DNA of 64,000 nucleotides from Kudoa neothunni (taxonomy: Eukaryota > Animalia > Cnidaria). Location of the stretch: assembly GCA_964304625.1 (NCBI GenBank), contig OZ199840.1:5011200-5075199 (forward strand), given 5' to 3'. Both the position numbers and the translations under genes were made by a program. Shown piece by piece: positions 12,717-27,200 of the stretch; the stretch's first letter is position 1, and every line of letters starts with the position of its first letter. The notes beneath the pieces were generated by a model. It was given only the letters and a program-made list of their open reading frames with translations, had not been told where the DNA came from and ran no database searches.

Positions 12717-15700
12717 ATGTGTAGAATTTTTTTCCAACTATTTTGTACATATTATTATTTTATTTCAATTAATTAATCTTTAATAGTTATACAAATTACA
12801 TTAATTTGTATGATAGAGAATGCATCGGTGGCTGGGATTCCACCAGCATCTGGTCCATTAGCTACGCTAAAATACCAAATTGAGTATGGCGGTACTACTG
12901 AAGCAGATACAGTAGGACATATACTTGGTGGATCAAATTATGGTTCTGGAAAGTGCCGTATATTGAAATCAAACGATGCAGCAAACATTTTTAGTTCACA
13001 AGGAGTCGCCGCTTTTGATGAAATTTCACAATGCCCCTGGATATGATAATACTGATAATAACGACAAATGTATAATTGACTGCATTAAAAACGATAGCAA
13101 AGTTTCATACGATAAACTCTCTCCAAGAACAAAATACTTATATGTATATCATGGAACTAATACCGATGCTGTTAAAACTGACGATAAAAAAGCGGGTGGA
13201 AAAGTGTTTGGTTTGGCAATACGTAAGAGAAACAACTATGAATTGATCGATTTATCCGTTGAATTTAGCATTGTTGGTGAATCCTCAGGTAAAGATTTCT
13301 ATGGAAACCGAAAAATTGAAGATCGGATATAAAACTTGCTCACCAGTTGCTTGTCCTATATATTATAAAGACGCCAAATTCTCAGTCGGTACAACAGGAA
13401 GTTCATGTGTGGATAATGAAAAAGCGAATGCTGTAGATTTTGATAAATTAATCCCTCATTATGAGATGAGATGTGAAAAATATCCAAGTTTCTTTTATTA
13501 CATGCCAAATGTATATATGAAGGAAAACATCGCTATTTACAAACCTCAATATTACGTAACAAAGAAGACAGGGGGCCGAAAAGCAAGTTGTTGTTAAATT
13601 CACTGATTTAGCACTATCGTCTGAAATTTGCGTTTTCAGCATTAAGGGGGGGTGAAAAATGCAGCAGCTAACTCCCCATATGAATCGAAATGTGGAAATA
13701 CTGCGGAAAAAATGTTACGCACCTTGTAAAAATTTTGAACTTACGGTGACTGAAGCAAAAGCTTTCTACCAAATCTTAATTCAAACCAGACATCACGACC
13801 TTTCTAAAACTACTACTGATAATATAGATGGGTTTCTTCAGAAAAAGTTTTGGTAATTTATTTTTACATCGTATAATTGTATATTCAACTTTATAGCCAT
13901 TTTGGAAACTAATGACAGTCTATTGTCCGATTTTCAAAAAGGGTGGTGTAAAGCTAAATACTGCCCTATTTAAATCAACGCCAGGAGTTTCCAATACTTG
14001 TACTATAAAGCATTATTCTGCTGATACAATTAAGCCAACTCCAACAACTGCACCGACTTGCAAGGCGAATAATGGTTCCACTACCTGTAATACTAATTGT
14101 GAAGAATTGGAAATTCAAGGTCTATCCCCAGGAAAACCATACATAATTGAAATTGAATCCAACATACAGGACCCGTCCTCCTTCAAAGAACAAATACTTA
14201 TAAGAACAAGTAATAACTGAAAATTAAATATCAATAACTAAACATTTTCAAAGATAATGATGATAATAAAGAGTTCCAAACAACTGACCCTACCAAAACA
14301 GAATCAACCGCTACACTAACAGCTATTGGAGGCACAGCTGAAGGAGAGAAGATAAATGAGCCAAATTGTGAGTATTACATAAGTCTAGCCGAGAAAAATA
14401 CATTTTACACCGCTAAATGTACTGAAACTAATCCTTGCAGAGGAAGGTGTAGAGATCCAATAACTATTATTGATCTTGAACCAAACACTCTTTACGACGT
14501 TAGAGTCGTTGCTGATAAGGATTATAAGGAACATATATATACAAATGTTAAAACGAGTATATTTCTCCATACACTAATTTATTTCATTCAATCTAGATTT
14601 GGCAACGTTGACAATAAATCCAAAATATACGGAGCACGGATTGCGGTTGAATGCACAATTGTCCAAAAAAGTTCCGGAAGCTATTTGTCATTATACAATC
14701 CAAATTAAGAAGGCTGGCAGGTTCGAAGATGCTTACATCTGTACACCACCACAAACACCAGAAGTTGTCCCACAAGTTCCTGAGACTCCACCAAGCACAC
14801 AAACTGATTCCAATCCTATCCCGGGTCAAGAAATAACTAGTACCAACCAACTTTCTATTCTAAAATCAACAGATACTGAATCGGAAATTGCAGGAACTGA
14901 AACTAACATGGAAACTAACACTGATTCAACTGTTGACTCTACCACCACAACTACTACAACTGCGAGCCCAATCAATTCAAACACATGTTCCTCATTTCCT
15001 TTATGCAGTTCTATTGAATTCAACAACTATGATGCAAACGAAGAATATAAAGTGATTATTACCGCAGTGGGAAAATCTAACTCGAAAGAAATCACGTTAG
15101 CAGCCAGTAAAACTATTATTGCTATTATATAAAAATTTAAAATCATCTTAAATAGCTGCTCCAAAAGGAAACCCTACAGAAAATGCCAAAACAATATACG
15201 TGCAAATTACAAGAGATGGTGAATCATTCACGGTTGAGAATACTCTTCCATCAACTCTTAGAGAAAATTCCAAGTGTAAATGGGAATTACGTAATTCGAG
15301 TGTTAAATCGATGGCGATTATTAAAAAATGCATGAGTCGCTATGATCCTGGATGTAGAAGGTTCCCTCCATGTAAATCATTCACTATCCGTGGATTAGTT
15401 GATGGTAACAACTATCACTTGACTGTTTACAGTTCTACCGATACAACAGTTTACGGGACGGCTACTATCGAGCAAGGTGAAACATTATTTATACAACAAT
15501 AATTTGAAATGTAAATTTTAGGAGCTAAGAGCAGTTCAAGGTTTTTTTAATTAATATTTTTAAAATTATTTAATTTTTTATATAGTTCTAAAACCATGGT
15601 CATGTATTGATTTATTATTTGGTTATAATTGAATTAATATTATTTTAGAATAATTGTGGTAGTAGTTATTGTTGTTTTGATTTCAGTTTCTGTTGGATTG

Positions 15701-15724
15701 GTGGTTTTCAAGAAGAAAAATTAA
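12717..15724 (+). CDS. FN3-like type I membrane protein, copy 2 (apparent frameshifts at 13035-13940)
   Basis: Same exon-intron structure as copy 1, starting MCRIFFQLFFIQITLICM. Frameshifts fall at homopolymer runs, so this is either a sequence error or a young pseudogene. Confidence 0.8.
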
Positions 15725-17024
15725 TCATCAACGTGAGGGAGTTATTTTTCAAAGACCTAACTAGAAACATTTAGAGAATTTAGTTATCTATGTGATATTT
15801 ATGAAAATTTATATATATACATATATATATTAATCATTCAAATTTATAATTTCTATAACAAATAAAAAATTTTTTATATAATTATAAAAATTGCTACTAT
15901 TTATTGAAATATAATATATGAATACTATTTATTTTTGTAATCAATTTAATAACATTAAATAAAGCATAATTATCGAAAAATAGTTTAAGATGTTAGTTGA
16001 TCATATAACTATTCGGATGTAACATATAATTGTTTTTATGAATTATGCAAAAAATCATGATAAATTAATGTGGATTATGAATATCACACAACTTAGAGAA
16101 AAATACGTAATTAACAATTTCCGCCTGTTTTTAAAATGGAAAGTTTGATGAATTTTCCATAATCATCTAAAATTTTCGAAGCTCTATAGTAATTATCTTT
16201 TCAATTTTGGTGTACTATTCATTCTTTAATGAAAACTCAGATTATTTAAAAATCCGGGTTTAATAGAAAATACCAATAAATTCAATTAATAGCCGACTTA
16301 TTGAACCCTCAAATTGTTTCCAACAACCCTTAAAATCACATTTTGTATCTTTAAATTTCGTACTTCGATTTTGGAGCTCCTTGATCTATCTCAAACGTTA
16401 CAAGAACATTATATCATGTTTTGATTTAATTTATAATTTTATTCTAATTTTTTTATGATTAGACTAAAAACTTAAAGTATTAAGAAATATCTTCGCAAAA
16501 CCAAACAGGAGAGACAAACTAACATCCTAGATAATTTAATTAAGAATGCTTATACGAAGAAGAATTATAAATTAGCCCAATCAAGATACTAAAAACAGAA
16601 ATGAAAGCTAATTAAATACTTTTAAAATTTTTAAACGTCAAGTAAATTACTACTTCGTAGGAAGATTTCAGGTGAATAAAAAACCGCAACTCGCAAGGTC
16701 CATTAAAATTATTTGATAAAACAGCAATAGGACATTGACAGTCTTAAACTGCGAATAATAAATATGATTTCCGTCAACCTCATAAAATCTTAATTCTTAT
16801 AACCGCCCATAAATTCGTTACACAATGGAAATTTCACATTTGTTAGTAAAATTATAGAAGAATATTTTAAATGCTAGAACAACGTATCGTAACACTTGTT
16901 CATCTATATATTTTTTTAATTAGATAATGTATAAATAATATAATATTTAATTTATTTTGACTTAGTATTATTAATAAAAAAACTTAATTAAATAATAAAT
17001 TAAAACAATCCTAATATATCCTAT

Positions 17025-17095
17025 ATCTATCTATCTATCTATTTATATCTATATATATATATATATCTATATATGTATATATGTATATATATGTA
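17025..17095. repeat. (TCTA)n/(TA)n microsatellite
   Basis: Direct inspection. Confidence 0.8.
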
Positions 17096-17751
17096 CAAGT
17101 GGACCTTCGGTATGCGTTTTTATGTTTGCATCTGTAATGAAAGTTTTTCCTTATAAATAAATAAATAAATCGATAGATAGATAGATATTTATGTAACTTG
17201 TTTGAAGGATTGATTAATTTTAAAATAAACTTATCCTTTAAATTTAAGCAATGACCTTAAAGTTGCAGGGGTTATAAATACACCCTTTAATTCATATGCG
17301 CAAGCGCTTCATTAAATTCTCAAAACGGCTCGTTAAAAACTTTTATAAATGTAAGCGTTAGGTGTTCAATGATATAAAAGTTATTGTATTTTTGCGTGGT
17401 ATAAAATATTGATAATCAGCAAATAAGGAACAATGCAATTAGAATCACTAATTCACATGCTTTATGCAATCTCAATGATATTGCAGCAGCAAACGAGCGG
17501 TTCAATATTGTATTATTCATTTTAACAAATACTCAAAAACTCCAATTATATCCAACAATACATAATTAATCCAACAATTAAACGATAATAAAATACCATA
17601 ATGACAATGAAAATTAATAACAAGCCATAGAGAAAAGACAAATAGAACAATTTGAAAAGTGTGTATGTATCAACAAACTAGAAAAGAGGTAGTTGTGTTT
17701 GTGATAGCACTAGAGAACAATAGTGCGTGGAACTATCATCAATTGAACTAA

Positions 17752-19089
17752 TCAATGTTCGGACTCATCATTTGAATTTTCACCATTACGTTCTTTGTTT
17801 TCTTGATAGGCTTCTTCAAGTGAGAGTGCGAGAGCCATGACAAGTTGTTCACGTTCATCCTCATTAAGTTCAAGTAAAACCTAATTATCACAATAGTCAA
17901 AAACAATATATATAAAAATAAAATTAAAAAAGGAATTAAATTACACTAGGATCAACACCAAATTCTTCTGCTCTTTTAATGAGACTAGATTCATCTGCAA
18001 CAATATCCAAGTCATCATTGGCTTGTGAAGTAATTGCATTTGAGTTATGGAAGGTGTCATTATTTTGTGCGTTAGCATTTGTCTGTAGATGGTATTCATC
18101 TCGGGACAGTTTAAGCGCTAATTGAAGATCTTCATCATATTCATCCTCTGCAACGCCGTCATTAAACACATTTCGGCCGGATCCATCTGTGGCAGATTGA
18201 GGATCTTTGCATATTAACGCATTGCAAACAGTATATTTAAGGCTGAATTCGTTGGATTTGGCAAAAATATAGTGATGATCTAGGTTGGTTTTACCTATTT
18301 ATAAGCAATACCTCAGATATAAAATTAAACACAATCGACATGTAAATTACCGCATTTATGTGGTGCAATCATTTCCTCCAACAAATAAGTCAATTGAGAA
18401 GGCTACACAATACATCAACAATTAAAGCATTAAATTCTATTATCCATCCAATTTACATCTTCACCAAATTGTACAACAGAAACATTGATGTTATTCTCTC
18501 GGAACATATACCTCAGATAAGTGGCCTACAATAAACACATACAATTGAAAACAAAAAATGCAATTCACACACATCATGTGGTTTCAAATCAAAGTTGCTC
18601 CCAACAAAAAGCACAATTCGTTTGATAACACGTTCGTCAGTGCTGTTATTTAGAACCAACTAAAATAAATCCCCAACGATTATCACATCACCAAAAATGT
18701 ACATTTGCTATTTGTAGACTTTGAATCAAATCAACATCTCCCTCGCAATCTACAACTTTCAGTTTTTCCACCAAATAATCAGTGTTTGAGGAGAACGATC
18801 GAACCAAACGTTTTCTACATCAACATTCAATATTCCACATGAAAAGCTATGAATTCATCAAATACGAAGCCAAATTGATCAATGCTGCTTTGCTTTCCGG
18901 ATTATAATTAGTTATCTGTGAGATTATTGCTTTGGCTGCTTCCAATTGGTTGATGTATCTTGTGGGAGAGAAATCGCCATTAATCGACCATTTGCTATTG
19001 TCCAAACTATCCAATTGTTATATTCAATGGTTAATTCTCTCTAATTAAATTTTGACTAAATACCAAACAACAACGTTTTGAGGTGCCAT
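17752..19089 (-). CDS. PSMD4: 26S proteasome non-ATPase regulatory subunit 4 (Rpn10/S5a)
   Basis: Spliced N-terminus MAPQNVVVCLDNSKWSINGDFSPTRY, VWA motifs KRIVLFVGS and INVSVVQFGE, UIM-like DEDLQLALKLSRDE and EQLVMALALSLEE; canonical short introns. Confidence 0.9.
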
Positions 19090-19309
19090 TTTATTTTAGC
19101 CTGCCTAGTTATATTTGACAGATTGCGTGCGCATGTCCAAATTTGATTGAAAAGATTCGAAAACAACTTAAATTTACATAAATTTAATGCATGCATAATA
19201 GATAAATAATATTTTTATACGAATAATATAATACACAACATAGAGAGGTCCTCAATATACAGTTATAAATGCCTTAAATGTTCGACAATCTTCGGCGATC
19301 GGTAAGAAA
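19090..19309. promoter_or_regulatory. Putative bidirectional promoter PSMD4/PUF60
   Basis: 220 bp between divergent start codons; NRF1-like TGCGTGCGCATGT at ~19124-19136. Confidence 0.55.
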
Positions 19310-21491
19310 ATGGACGACGAAGCAGTTCTCGCAGCATTTTTAAACTCAGTCAATTCACCTTCAAAATCAACTACCACCGATTCAGCTAAAACCGACGATA
19401 TTGTATCACACAATACATCACCATCTAAACACGTAAAAGATGGAATTATTCCATATGAATTAGTTAATGGTGATAGTGTACAAAATGAACATTCGCACGC
19501 TACCAACGACTCTTTGATAAATCCGATTGAAGGTAGTGATACGATAGGTATACTTTTTTTTGTTTTGATTAGGATTATTGTGTGTTTACATGAGATTTTT
19601 TGTTGATGTATTTAACCGATAGCTGCTGCATCTATCGACGACACCGATAACGACAATCTATTGGGTGGTTTCATATTTCCAGAGGTGGCGGTGAAAGCAC
19701 AACCGTCTCGTGATCGTGGTAAAGGAAGATTGTTGGCGGGACCGGGCGCCAGAGTTGGTGGTGTACAACCTCGTCCAACCGAATTGAGACGTGCTTTCTA
19801 TAAACTCACTGCCCAACAGGAAATCAAATTGGCTGGTGCTAGAAAATACGCCATGGAACAAAACGTTGCCAATGTAATGAATTAGGATATATGTTGTCAT
19901 GTGAATTATAATTGTTCAAATTAGTGTTATATATATTAGGAAATAATTGTAATTGTTGATAGGTATTAGCGAAACAAAGAGAAGAACAAATAAAGATTAA
20001 GAAAGACCCTCTTGCTAATGCCGCTCTTCGACAACAAGTGTTGTCATTGATGTCGAGGGTTTATGTTGGTGGAATTAATTTTGATGTTAAAGAAGATGCG
20101 CTACGATCTGTCTTCTGTCATTATGGCGTGATTAAAAAGGTTGACTTCTCATGGGAAACCCCTAATGTCAAACACAAGGTAAATTAAATTGGATTTGTAT
20201 GATTGCTGACATACATTCCATTTACATTTTTATACACATTTACGTTTGTTAGGGGTTCTCATTTATCGAATTTGAAGTGCCCGACATGGCTCAACTTGTA
20301 CTCAACTCTACCACCCACCATCTCATTCAAGGCAGACCTGTTAAGATTGGTCGTCCTAGCAACATGCCACAAGCTACACCTTTTATCGATGTGGTTATTA
20401 ATGAGTCGAAAAAATACCCACGTATTTTCGTGTCCAATATTCATCCTGATATTGTTGAGTCTGATTTGAAAAGGTAGATAATTATTGCTTTAGTCATTGT
20501 ATTAAACAAATTGGCCTAGTGTGTTTGAAGCTTTCGGAACGATTGTTTCTGTTGATATGCCCATTGATCTAGGAACAATGAAACACAAAGGCTATGCATT
20601 TATCGATTATAATGACCACAAGGCGGCTAATGATGCGGCTGCTGCTATGAATAGATTCGATATTGGTGGCCAACTGCTTCGTGTGGGTCGGTCGGTTTCG
20701 CTTCCTGATGAAAATAACCGAAAAAATCTAATCAACTCTGTTGCTAATAATATTGCAACATCTCTGGCCAACTCTGAACACTCCAAGGGATACTTGGATG
20801 GAACAAGTAATTACTGGGTTGAGAGTGAATTCAAACTTATCCTATATTGGTTTTTGTTGTAGAATTTAGTGCCACAAAAAACACTCCTAAAAGTCAAGAT
20901 TCTCCGTCGTCACATCCGGCGGTTAAACCGGAATTCTATCATGGAACTAAATTCTCGGAGAAAGAAAATGATTCTAAATCCACTCCCAATCAATTAAGTG
21001 ATACGCCAATTAGCACTAATCTTAATAACAATGCGCCAATTTTATCCAATTCTGCAGTTACCGCCAATGCCACCGAAGATACACCAAATGATGCGGCTGT
21101 GGATGAGTCGATTGCTGCGGAAGAGATTAGACCAATTAAAGGCTCTGATCAAAGATTCCTCATGATGAGGAAATTGGCGGCACTTCGAAAACAAAAACAA
21201 AACCTCCTTGTCTTGAGAAATATGATTATACCGGAAGAAATCGACGAAAATCTTGAAAGTGAAATCACTGAGGAATGTGAAAAACATGGCAGTGTTAAGT
21301 CGGTATTAATCAAAACTTGCATGGACACCGAATTCAACACCGAAGTTGTGAAAATATTTGTTGAATACGATGAGGAGAGCTCCGCCAAAGATGCACAGGC
21401 GGCACTTCATGGAAGATATTTTGCTGGCAGAGTTATCACAGTTGAAATATACGATCCAATGAAATTCAAATATGGAGATTATTCCGGTTGA
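19310..21491 (+). CDS. PUF60: Poly(U)-binding splicing factor PUF60 (half-pint)
   Basis: KLAGARKYAMEQ; RRM1 RVYVGGINF...KHKGFSFIEFEVPDMAQL; GRPVKIGRPSNMPQA; RRM2 RIFVSNIHPD...KHKGYAFIDY; C-terminal UHM LVLRNM...EECEKHG...GRYFAGR. Confidence 0.95.
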
Positions 21492-21838
21492 GATCCACCC
21501 ACCACAGTAGTAGAATAAGATTCGTCCGAGATTATCTACTTAGATTGTTATATAAGCTTTATTGATAAATTTGTATTTTTTCGTTATTTTTCGCACAATG
21601 CACATTAATTGGTGGTGGATTTTTTTACAATTTTGCATGTTGGACATGGTCGTTTAATTATAAATTTTAGGAAATCATCGGGTTGTGTTATTTAAGTCTG
21701 GATTTTATTAAGGTTTAAATTGTTATTTCCTATTTGCACCGTTTGTACTTCATGGTTACACACTTTTCATTGTCCATAATGAATCAGATAATTTTCCCGT
21801 AATTAGGTGGAATAATCCGCGTTAATAGTAGAAAATAT

Positions 21839-23251
21839 CCAATGAAAACACACTTTATTTTTCATACACTAACTTCCAAGTTGAGTATGCGTCCTAGTAT
21901 CATTTTTAGTAATGTTTCGCTGCGTTCAAATAACTAAGTAGAAAATATTTAAGCTAGTAATTTATCAAATTTCCCGCGCGGTAGAGAAAATGAGTGAAAA
22001 TAAATTATTTCTAAATTTTTGTCTAATCCCTATTCGACTACAGTCGGATACATGTGTAATCCACATCGTTTTGCAATAAACGCCGAAAAATAGCTGATTA
22101 TTTGCTTTTTTATCCTGATTATAATATTATAACCATTATTTAAATTTTCTAAATATTTATATACCAAATTTAGCGCAGTAAACCTTCTAAATAAGTTTGT
22201 CTTATATTATGAAGTAATGTGTCATCTATCTTTATTTCTAATTATCAAATTAACTTTTAAACCACTTAGTAACATCTATAATTGTTTATTTTAGTTTATC
22301 AATTTTTATTAGTACATTGCAATTAATGAAGTAATTTTTATACACCAATTACTTGCGAAAATGAAACTAACAATAATTATATTAATCGTACATTGATATT
22401 TTTGGTTATAAAATTGAAGAAAGGCATTAATTAAAACTACTTCAACATGTATTTTATTTATCTGAAGATATTAAATTGGAGAACTTTTACAAATAATAAA
22501 TTATATATTTATCTAATTATTTTTTAAATACGCCATAAAATACACATTTAATAAACATAACAATTTTTATTATTGTTAATTTGTTTGCTAAATTAACAGA
22601 AACCATAATGGAGAAAAAAGTACCGTTTCAGGGGAAACACTAGTTTTACATTTTAACTACCTCAAGTCGTTATTCCGCAGAAGATAACTAATTTTTTCAG
22701 CTGTAAATGAAGGGATAATCAATGTAATTTCTCTTTTTTAAAATAAAGGTTACAAAATTCACACAATTAAAACATCGTTTTGTAGCAGTATTACGGTAAT
22801 CCTTTGTTGCTAATTTGGTAAATAACCTATTATGATCATTAATTAAACAGGAAAAGTCATCGTGCCCTCTAAACTTAAAAGTTCCATTATCGCGATTTTC
22901 ACGTGATAAATAAACACAGAAAAATTTAATATTGTTTTTATTAAGACTAATATAAAATGAAATTTTCGATAATTTGCGAAATAAGCAAATAATCAGCTAT
23001 TTTTCGGCGTTTATTGCAAAACGATGTGGATTACACATGTATCCGACTGTAGTCGAATAGGGATTAGACAAAAATTTAGAAATAATTTATTTTCACTCAT
23101 TTTCTCTACCGCGCGGGAAATTTGATAAATTACTAGCTTAAATATTTTCTACTTAGTTATTTGAACGCAGCGAAACATTACTAAAAATGATACTAGGACG
23201 CATACTCAACTTGGAAGTTAGTGTATGAAAAATAAAGTGTGTTTTCATTGG
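21839..23251. repeat. Long inverted repeat, arms ~21839-22107 and ~22983-23251
   Basis: Arms of ~270 bp appear to be exact reverse complements around an ~875-bp AT-rich non-coding spacer. Confidence 0.9.
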
Positions 23252-23439
23252 GTATTTAACGAAGATTTCTCGTGTACCGATGATGTTGTATTCTAATATT
23301 TTGTAACAAAATTACATGACATAATTATCTGAATTCTTCCTCTCGGTAATTATTTATTTTATTATAAACAATCGATGAAAAAACCTTGCGCAGTAGGGTG
23401 ATTTTTAGGTGCCACATCTTAGCATATTACCGCGATTAA

Positions 23440-25462
23440 CCCTTAAAATACACCCTGGGCTCCACGAGCCCATATACACTAACCGGATTAATTAATGCAT
23501 TCATTCGTGATGTCTCTTAAAGCTAGCTTTGTTGTATAATAATACAATGATAAGAAAAACAAGTAATATTCCTCGCGGACTGTTCGCTACATACACTTTT
23601 TTTGAAGAGGGAACACACTTGCTTATTCTTACCAATTACATGGCTTGGACAAAAGTGACATCGCTTTCGTCTGTTATCTTTGCAGATTTGGATTAGATTT
23701 GGTTCATTATTGGAAAATTGATATCCAATAATTTCCATCGAGCGTTTCAAAGGAGCGTTTCAAAGCGGGTTGGGTTGGGTAGAAATTAATGGATTTTTGA
23801 ATCTTCTTTCTTGTTCACCTTTTATTAACGAATAAGACAAATCCAATAGAAATCTTTGTCTTCTACCAGTTTTATCAGTTCTCATGTAGGTAGGATTTCT
23901 ATTTTTGAACATTACAACATATGCGTTGAATGCAGCCACATCTAATAATTGGCAAAACACCGCGAATGGCCAACGTCGACACTTTCTCTTGCAAGAATAT
24001 GTTGAAACGCATTGATCTAATGTGTCAACGCCGCATTTTTTTTATTGTAATCTAACATTGCCCGAGGCTTAGCATGGTATTCTTTACCTACATTTTGAGT
24101 GTGGTGTTCTGATGAAAGAATAACCACTGCCTTTTTGGACGCGGAACATACGAAATAGGAGGGAATACTTTGTAAAAACCAAATAGCGATGAAAACATCT
24201 TTCTTGATCTATGCGCCAAAAATTCTGGGGGTATAAAAGTTCTGCATTTAAGCACAGTTCCTTTCATATAAATATTCAACCAGTTTCCACGAAGTAAAAT
24301 AATTGTCGAAGGTGATACTACGACCCGCATCCAAAAGATGAAGTGTTAAATTTACCACAACATAAATGGTAGATTGGATTCACGGTAACTGTCAATTTTA
24401 CCAAAATATGGAATTATGTTTGAAACATAAAATGTGTCGCAAACAATCCAGAATTTTAGACCGTATTTCGATGGTTTTTTGGGCATGTACACTAAAAATA
24501 AAATTTACAACGAAAAGGATACAGCTGTTCATCAAAACGCAATACCAATACACGTAGGGTTTTTTTGAATCTATCCCGACTCATCGTTGCGCGAAATAAG
24601 GGACTCCCATGAATTTCACCCCAAAAAATTTTCGTACTTTCCAAATTGGATTTGTAGGCACCAGCTAACAACAATAATCCTAAAAAAGCTTTTAGTTCAA
24701 TCAGATCGAGATGTTTCCATTCATCTCCCATCTCATCGATGCCTTTGTGATTGGTGTACAACATGATTTCTTCCATCATTTGTTTAGTTATGAAATGATG
24801 GAAGCAATCAAGTGGCGTCGTCGAATCGAAAGAATAAATTGGCTTCTTTTGTAAAATACTGCGGTCTATTATATTATGACAGGAAGTTCGTTCAGCAGCG
24901 GGCTGGGAAGTCCAAATAATAGATGTATCTTTCGACAAATAATTATTAATGGAATCTCGAGTGTTACAGTCATGTGAAACAATTTGTGAAAAAGAATCTT
25001 GATTGAATACATTTAGTTGTCCCTTAGACGAATCTATGAATAATGAAATGAAGATTTTATATTTTTTCGATAAACCAACCGTCAAATTCATGTAGTAAAC
25101 TTTCGTTTAATTCGTTATCATCCTCAAAGAAATTTTTTGGCTCGTTTAAAGATATACTTTCGGTGTCAAATGATATGTCAGTAAATAAATGGGAATCTTC
25201 CATTATAACTAACTGTTTGGTGCAAAATTGGGATCAAATTTTATTATGTACGAACATAACGTGGGCTTAATATATATCCCGAAAGATGAAAAAAGGTCTT
25301 AAAACCAGCAAAAAAAAATTTCCCATGAATAACACCAATTGATAGATAATTAATTTTTATGAATTCACGTGAAATTTGAACCAACAAAAATTGGTCTAAC
25401 CTAAGTAATTGACGATGTATCACGTGGGTGGGCTCTTGGAGCCCAGGGTTGTCCTTTAAGGG
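23440..25462 (-). mobile_element. piggyBac element C (decayed transposase)
   Basis: TTAA 23436-39 and 25463-66; ~33-bp imperfect TIR CCCTTAAA..ACACCCTGGGCTCCAcGAGCCCA; motifs ELKAFLGLLLLAG, FRATMSRDRF, DEQLYPFR, LLDVAAFNAY, RCHFCP. Confidence 0.92.
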
Positions 25463-25619
25463 TTAATTCAGTTTTTCGTGACAAAAATATTCCTTGATTA
25501 TTTATAAAAATAGAAATGGCCTCCTTAAATTAATAAACTTTAGATAATTGATTAATAGTTAAAACGAATCCGAAGAATATTTATGGCAACATAAATTTTA
25601 ATTGATATTCATCTCAGAT

Positions 25620-27012
25620 TAGTTGAAGTAAAATCACTGGAAAATACCATCATAACATTCTTTATGTTATATTCCATTGAGAAATCAACACAAACAAACT
25701 GAGAGTTTTTTTCAACAAAGTATTAAACAAAGAGTGCACGAATTCGTTGTTTTTCAATTACTATTTCTTGAACACATTGCATGTTCTTCAGCACTTCAAC
25801 AACAAATTAGAACATTTTTTTGTAAAAATTAATCCTAACCAATACGCTTTTTTCCCGGAAAATTTTTGAGAACATTTATCAAGAAACTGTTCTCTCTCGA
25901 TATTGCTGTCATTGAAGACGGCTTTGTAACGATAAAGCGAATTTAGCACACTAATGTCTAAGATATTAAAAACACGGTTGAACGGTGCTTTAAATATCTT
26001 TCGATACTTGTTTTTATTGTAAAACGAAATGATTCGGCGTTTTTGCATTCATCAGGAGACAGGTTCGAATTTAATGAAGAAGTAACCAGAGATATGGCTC
26101 ACTTATTTCTTTATCGACGTGGGAGAATAATTTTATTGCAAAAAAGAACTATAATGCTCTCTTGATTTATTCGGTTTCATTATTTCGGAAATATCCCTGT
26201 TTTTCTAGTTTGTCTAATCGTTTAATCCATAGTCAGACTAATTTTTAATAGTTCATTACAAGCTGAAACCGGTGTGAAACATTATCAGTCACGATATTTC
26301 TATCGCTGTTTTTTAGGTATGACACAACCTAAAACAATATTTTCTCCTAAACGTTAAGATTTTTGGTTACTTTGTTTACCAAGGTAGACAGAAAAGTTTC
26401 GGTAAAAGATGGTTGTGTCAGCAAGAAAAAAGAATTTTATACCGGAAACTATCAACTTATCGAATGTTTCTCGTGTATGTTAAAAGTCATTAGTTTGTTT
26501 TTTCGGATGTAGTTGCATAATAATCAAAAACGAAAATCCTCGTCATTTCCATCTGTTGTTGTTTTGCGCAAGACGAAAGACCAGTAATAAGTAATTCTGA
26601 AATAGACAGCAGTCGTAGTAGTGAATGTAATGTGTTGTCACAAACGTGGCGCCCGTCGCCTACTGACGATTTCCCCTTCTATTATTAGGTGGCACCGGTT
26701 GCGGATTATGATATCATCGACCTTCCCCAAAGCATGACATCTTGAAATATTTCTCCATCTTTTTTCCAAAATATTTTTAAAATCTACAATCTAGATTTTA
26801 ATATTGAAATATAAATTGGTACACCTTGTAAGCCAAAAAATTTTATAATATCACAAAAGCCATCACTAAAAAATATATCTGAGCACTCCGCAAATTCCTT
26901 TATTCAATGAGTCAAATAAGCGGTAACTCCTGGGGCATTGTTCATAATATCTTCCGAGCACATTTTTCAAGTTTTTAGGATTTCAATTGAACAAATTACA
27001 CTATTTTTGTCT

Positions 27013-27055
<43 letters not shown>

Positions 27056-27200
27056 GAGACTCAACATCATTATCACTGAATTCGAAAGGTTCTGAAAAGT
27101 TGTAACTGTAGTATAATATATCAATCGATTTTTTGCAATCGCTTTCGTAATTTTTACAACTTATATCATCCTAGACGATCGTATTTACGACGGAACGTCG
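25620..27200 (-). mobile_element. Heavily decayed piggyBac-like transposase relic
   Basis: IISFYNKNK...VFNILDISVLNS resembles the piggyBac C-terminus; TDNVS-like and Cys-rich remnants; ends unclear. Confidence 0.6.
27016..27052. repeat. (AT)n microsatellite
   Basis: About 18 AT units. Confidence 0.95.
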
